Positions 57,424-64,000 of a DNA stretch of 64,000 bases are shown here, piece after piece. The notes beneath the pieces were generated by a model. That model did no database searches and was not told where the DNA came from. It saw only the letters and a program-made list of their open reading frames with translations. Position 1 is the first letter of the stretch. Every line of letters begins with the position of its first letter. The DNA is from Octopus vulgaris. Its lineage: Eukaryota. The stretch spans positions 20,646,001 to 20,710,000 of the forward strand of contig OX597831.1 of NCBI GenBank assembly GCA_951406725.2. The letters are read 5' to 3'. The translations under genes were made by a program, and so were the position numbers.

Positions 57424-57444
57424 TTACATATATATATGTATTGA

Positions 57445-57810
57445 CGCAGGCGTGGCTGAGCAGATAGAAGTTTGCTTCCCAACCACATGGTTCCAGGTTC
57501 AATACCACTGCGTGGATCTTTGGTCAAATATCTTTGACTTTACCCTTGGGCTGACAAAGGCCTTGTGAGTGAATTTGTTGAAAAGAAAATGAAAGAAGCC
57601 TGTCGTATGTATGCGCGGCTCTGTGTCTTCGTGTATTTGATTGGTCCCCATCCGTTTAACAATCGGTATTTACCTCCCCGTAACATAGCGGTTCGGCAAA
57701 AGTGCAGGATAAAAAAATATCAGTTTTTACACAGTTATATGTATTAGGATCAATAAAATTATTGATGGCGGTTCCCCAGTATAGTCCCTCTTTATAACTA
57801 AATGAAGTAA
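57445..57810 (+). mobile_element. Diverged full-length SINE family A
   Basis: GCAGGCGTGGCTG..CCAACCACATGGTTCCAGGTTC..GCCTTGTGAGTG..CCCCGTAACATAGCGGTTCGGCAAAA. Confidence 0.78.
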
Positions 57811-57817
57811 AATAGTA

Positions 57818-57857
<40 letters not shown>

Positions 57858-57958
57858 TGATGATGATGATAATGATGATGATGATGATAATAATAATAAT
57901 AATGATAACAATAATAATAATAACAATAATGATAATGATAATAATAATAACAATAATG

Positions 57959-58008
<50 letters not shown>

Positions 58009-58016
58009 TATAATAA

Positions 58017-58110
<94 letters not shown>

Positions 58111-58111
<1 letters not shown>

Positions 58112-58657
58112 CAGTACCAAGCAGTGACGCTCAGGACTTCTGATCTTAATTGGAAGTGTTATCAAGTACATTGTTTTGCCTTGGTATAAGAAATGGGCTA
58201 CAACCAATATTCTGCTCAATACCACAGATTTGCTTGTCAGTTTCTTGACCATAACCAGTTGACCATGTCCCTTAGTGGCTGACGATATGTGCATCGCTGA
58301 TCACGAGCAGAAGTAGTGGGAGAGCAGCATAGCCGTGTGTTGAGAGGAATTATTTGGGGTTTGGATAATTCACCTCTGGAAACGTGGGTGGTTCGTTCAT
58401 CATCCTTAAACAACCCTTGTTCAAGTAACTTTTGAGCGGGTTGGGCTACTCGACCTGAAGAAAATTCTAACTGGGTCCTCACCTGCAAGGTCATGCGCTG
58501 TTTATCTTGATATGAGATCCCCATGTCGCGCACACATGGTTGTGATGCATGTGCTTGGTGTACCCTTATCAGGCGGGTAATCACGATGGGTATGTACACT
58601 GGGCTTCGTATATTTTACCCCAGCGTCACTTTGATGGCATGCACTGCTCTCTGACTC
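58111..58657 (-). mobile_element. Element T, near full length, between (TAA)n tracts
   Basis: Homologous to 34588 and 59471 copies. Confidence 0.85.
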
Positions 58658-58677
58658 AATAATAATAATAATAATAA

Positions 58678-59350
58678 GTAGAGTATCTCAACAGGCATGA
58701 CAGAGCTGCAAAATATATTCACTGGGTAATTTGCAAAAGCCTGGACTTGCCCTATGATAAAAACTGGTGGGAACACAAACCACCTCCTATGCTTGAAAAT
58801 GATCACTTCTCATTCCTCTGGAACTTCACCATTGAAACTGACAGAAAAATAGGCGCGAACAGGCCAGACATCATATTGAAAGACTTCAGACAAAAATCAT
58901 GCCTCCTCATTGATATGACTGTCCTAATCGATATAAACGTATCTACCAAGACTTACCAACAAATTGAGCAAATATAAAGATCTTTAAATAGAAATTAGCA
59001 AAATGTGGAACCTGAAGACTAAAACAATACCTGTTGTCATAGGTGCCCTGCGAATGATAGCAAAGGGGGGCTGATTGCTACCTAGCTCACATACCAGGAA
59101 GCCCCAAAATGGCAGAAATTCAAGAGATAGTGCTCATGGGAACTGCTCCTATCCTACGCAAAACTTTTCTATGTAATCTCAGGTTTTAAAACAAACATAA
59201 TTTTCATTCTCTAGAGCAACACTATGTACAAAACCAAATGTATGGCACCCTAGGCATAACACCAACATGAACTTCCAACTTGTTTCTCTTGAGGTCTCTG
59301 GGTTAGACTTGGAGCCAACTTGTATAAATGTAAAGCAAAAGTCAAACATA
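58678..59350 (+). mobile_element. 5'-truncated Dong/R4 LINE (RLE domain and 3' UTR) in (TAA)n
   Basis: EYLNRHDRAAKYIHW..ANRPDIILKD..LIDMTV..YKDL..IPVVIGAL; (AAT)n on both sides. Confidence 0.9.
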
Positions 59351-59351
59351 A

Positions 59352-60022
<671 letters not shown>

Positions 60023-60032
60023 AATAATAAAA

Positions 60033-60154
<122 letters not shown>

Positions 60155-60178
60155 ATAATAATGATAATAATAATAATG

Positions 60179-60212
<34 letters not shown>

Positions 60213-60567
60213 TAACGACAATAATATTAATATTAATGATAATAATAACAACAGTAGCAATGATATTAATGATGATGATCATCGTGATAATAATATTTGT
60301 TGCAAATCAGTTCTTATCAAAACCAACTGAAAACCTAATAATTCGATGTGTTTATTAGATTTGTGTATATTTTGAAGCAAAAAGTTGTTCCAGCAGATAA
60401 AGAAATTGAAGACTTTTCGTTTAACAATTTGGAATATTTTCTTCCGAATTTGGCTCGACATTCAAATTGCCTCAAATTATTTGAAATACATACATATACA
60501 TAAAGATACATACATACATGCATACATACATACATACATACATACATACATACATACATTCATACAT

Positions 60568-60600
<33 letters not shown>

Positions 60601-60730
60601 TATATATATTGGTATATATTTTTCTATGTATATTCGTACGTGCGTATACGTGAGTATGTTTGTATGCGTGCATGGATTTATCTTTGAATGTATGATATGA
60701 CACACACACTACACATATATACATATGTAC

Positions 60731-60775
<45 letters not shown>

Positions 60776-60784
60776 CATATATAT

Positions 60785-60875
<91 letters not shown>

Positions 60876-61203
60876 GTACACATACACACACACACACATG
60901 TATATATATATAAGCATGTATATAAATGTGCATGCATACATACATTCATGCGCGGACACAAACAGGCATATACTTACACATAATTCTTTTCCTAAACATG
61001 TATCACACACATACGTACACATGAAGTATAAGCCTCTCTGTCTCTCTCTCTCTCTCACTGTTTCTTCTCTCTCTCTCTCTGATTTACTTGTATATTTATC
61101 TGTCTATGTATGTACCTATCTAACGTAGATTTTTCCTTCTCACAAGATATTTTGCCTCTGTATATATATGTACACTTAACACACTTTCACACATACATAT
61201 ATG

Positions 61204-61244
<41 letters not shown>

Positions 61245-61742
61245 GTATACTTCTGTGTCTCTGTGTGCACTACGTATACATACAAACACCTCAACATACA
61301 CGCATACATACAATGTGCGCATTCATATATATATATATATATATTTATATATATGGTATTTCCTATAGCCTTGCATACACATATTATTCCTACAAGAGAC
61401 ATGTTTTTGTTTTGTCTTTTTGTTTTATATTTTTTTTGCTAATTATAATTTTGATTTTGCTGGTAAACAAATCTGGGAAGCAAATTACAGTTGGTATTCG
61501 TCGTCTTATTCTATTTAGTTTCCTTGACTTTTTTTTATTTCTTTAAATTCAAAATTCGTCACATAAGGAAGTTAAAAACTAAATGCCTACGTTGATTGGT
61601 AAATTTTGAAAGTTTTGGACAGTAACGTAGGACGTGGAAGGACGAGAGTACTGATGTATCAAATAATTTTCAGAAATATCTTAACTCGTCGGAAGAAATT
61701 TAGTTGAAACATCTTAACCTACGCCACATTCAATTACATCTG

Positions 61743-61902
<160 letters not shown>

Positions 61903-63499
61903 CGTAATGGTTGCGGAATTGTGAAGGACACTGGTGTTAGTCTGCACGTTTCAAAAACCAATATTTATCTACACGGAGTTTTGTCAGTGAACAGGTCGCG
62001 GTCTCAAAGGGACGAAAATATATTTGACCAATTAAATTTAAATGCTGAAGTGAATCTAACGGTTTTTGTGTGTTTTTTAAATGGCTTATAAACACCTTCC
62101 ACACTGCAATTGTTTTCGCTCCAGCACACGATATCTCAGATCAGGTCACTTGCCATGCAAGTACATCTCCGTAAATATTTATCTATTTTTACCGAAAATA
62201 TGATAAATTGCACGAAATGTAAGGGAATCTTCTAAGAACTAGCTAGAAGCCATTCGCACCGTATATGTCGGTATATCCCAAATCAGCGGTCATTTTAAAC
62301 TCCGAGTATAAAATCCGATCCTTAACTTATGGATTAGAACGTCACCAATGGGGATGGAGAGCAGTGTATACCACTCGTATGGCTCTTGCAATTCTACTAC
62401 TGTTTTCTACTGTAAGAAATATGTTTCGGAAACTGGATTACTGGTAAGGTTATAATAAATGAAAAGTTTATTATAAACGTATGTAACATGCCTCAGATAA
62501 AAACACACCAAACGCACTGACATGCACTATTCACTCTTTGCCATATTTTACTATGACGAACTGTAAATTTCCTGTGTGCGTTCGGTATTCACTCAACAAA
62601 ACGCTCTTTAACACGGCTTTGTCATGGCGCTCGGACTACTTAATGCTTTCAGGACAACTGTAGTTACGCTAAATTACCGATAATTCGTGTGCATTATTTA
62701 CAGACAAGACCCTTCGCAGTCCAGCCTTTAAAACATTATATAAGTTCCCAAATATTATACTGAACTTGCACATTTGAATGGCTTAACAACTAAAGAATAT
62801 TTGGTTTAACATCTGCTTATTTTAAATCGCGATATACCTAACACACAAATACCTTCAGCATCCCAGTGAGGTATACAGGCATTAGTTAATAGTTAACAGA
62901 TAGACAGATAAAGGTGGAGGAAAAGCATAAACACATCAGTTTCGATAACAAATGGGACCGATTTCAAATATACGAAAATGTGTTGTCGAGCTTTATTTCT
63001 GCAATTGGTGGTAAATTGAAAACCAAGAGATTTTATTCTACGCTGGGGAATAACTTGAACAAGATTAAGAAATTTTGAATGTTTAAAGACAAAGAAATTA
63101 ATACTTTTTAAAAGTTAGAAAGCACCATATACATATGCACAATATCTGTGTTTTCCAGTCGATGTAGGCTTTGAGTTGTCAGATAAATTCTTTCGTGTCT
63201 GTTAATGTTATCTACGTTAACACAAAAAGTATTTTTTATCATAGTGTTTTATGTTATTTTTTGAACTTCTGTTTTTCTGCTACAACGTTTGTGTATTGCT
63301 TTTGAAATTCGAATAAATTCGATTACTTTTCAGACTTATGGCGTTGGTGTATGAAGTAGAAAAAAAAATATTTTCGAAAACTCTTTCTCTTTGCTTTCCT
63401 TCAAAGTTTTAAAGCTGCCAAAATTGCTCGAAACACTTGTTTCATGTATAGAGAAGACGCTATTACTTAAAAGAATTGCATAGAAATTATTTTCACGCT

Positions 63500-63950
63500 T
63501 CCGAAAATTTAACCTCATAGACTCAGTGTTCTGGTCCACCTGTTCAGTTCAATGATGATCGATTGAATGAGTTCATCCTTGGAGATCCGTAAACATTCAC
63601 TGAGTATGATAATTACTTCTGTAGATGGGATCTTCTCACGATACCGACGTTGGTCACCTTCACTTAATGGGCACACCTGCTGAAACGACCCGACCGGCGA
63701 CACGGCGCGCTTCTTCAAGACGACAACTCTCACATCCACGTCATTAATTGTCCAAAACTGTTATTTAAGAGCTCAGATGTTAAGTTTTATCGCACACACC
63801 GTATTCTCCTGATATACAACTTTCGCATTAACATCTTTTTCAACTGCTCGCCAACAGACATCGATGTGAAATTGAAAGCATAGCTTGATGAATTTTCGAG
63901 TCAATGACTATTATTCCATTCAAACTTTGCAATTGTTCCTTGTCATCAAT
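63500..63950 (-). mobile_element. Possible highly decayed PIF1-like (Helitron helicase) remnant
   Basis: Weak resemblance only: ..EKIP..ECL..KDELIQSI.. Confidence 0.25.
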
Positions 63951-64000
63951 GTTTTTTAAACTGACTTATTTTCCATTACATCTCAGACACATAGATTCAG

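Overview
AT-rich animal genomic DNA, very rich in microsatellites. The SINE families and repeat composition point to an octopus genome (inference). I found no credible host protein-coding exon: the window looks like a gene desert or large intron, and almost all ORFs in the track are translated microsatellites. It contains several tRNA-derived SINE families with interchangeable heads and tails (some as TSD-flanked multimers), decayed LINEs (RTE, Tx1/L1, several R4/Dong-type), two different Penelope-like GIY-YIG remnants, mariner remnants and MITEs, and Helitron fragments. The most notable signal is a set of type I hammerhead ribozyme (HHR) motifs: three with a canonical core (1556-1601 -, 24196-24251 -, 39965-40032 +), three variants and two halves. 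One canonical HHR lies inside a ~470-bp retrozyme-like repeat unit, and two motifs form a convergent pair. There are also several template-switch rearrangements: a (TA)n-bounded inversion within a triplication, a double-hairpin SINE and a 66-bp palindrome. All calls and alignments were made by eye.
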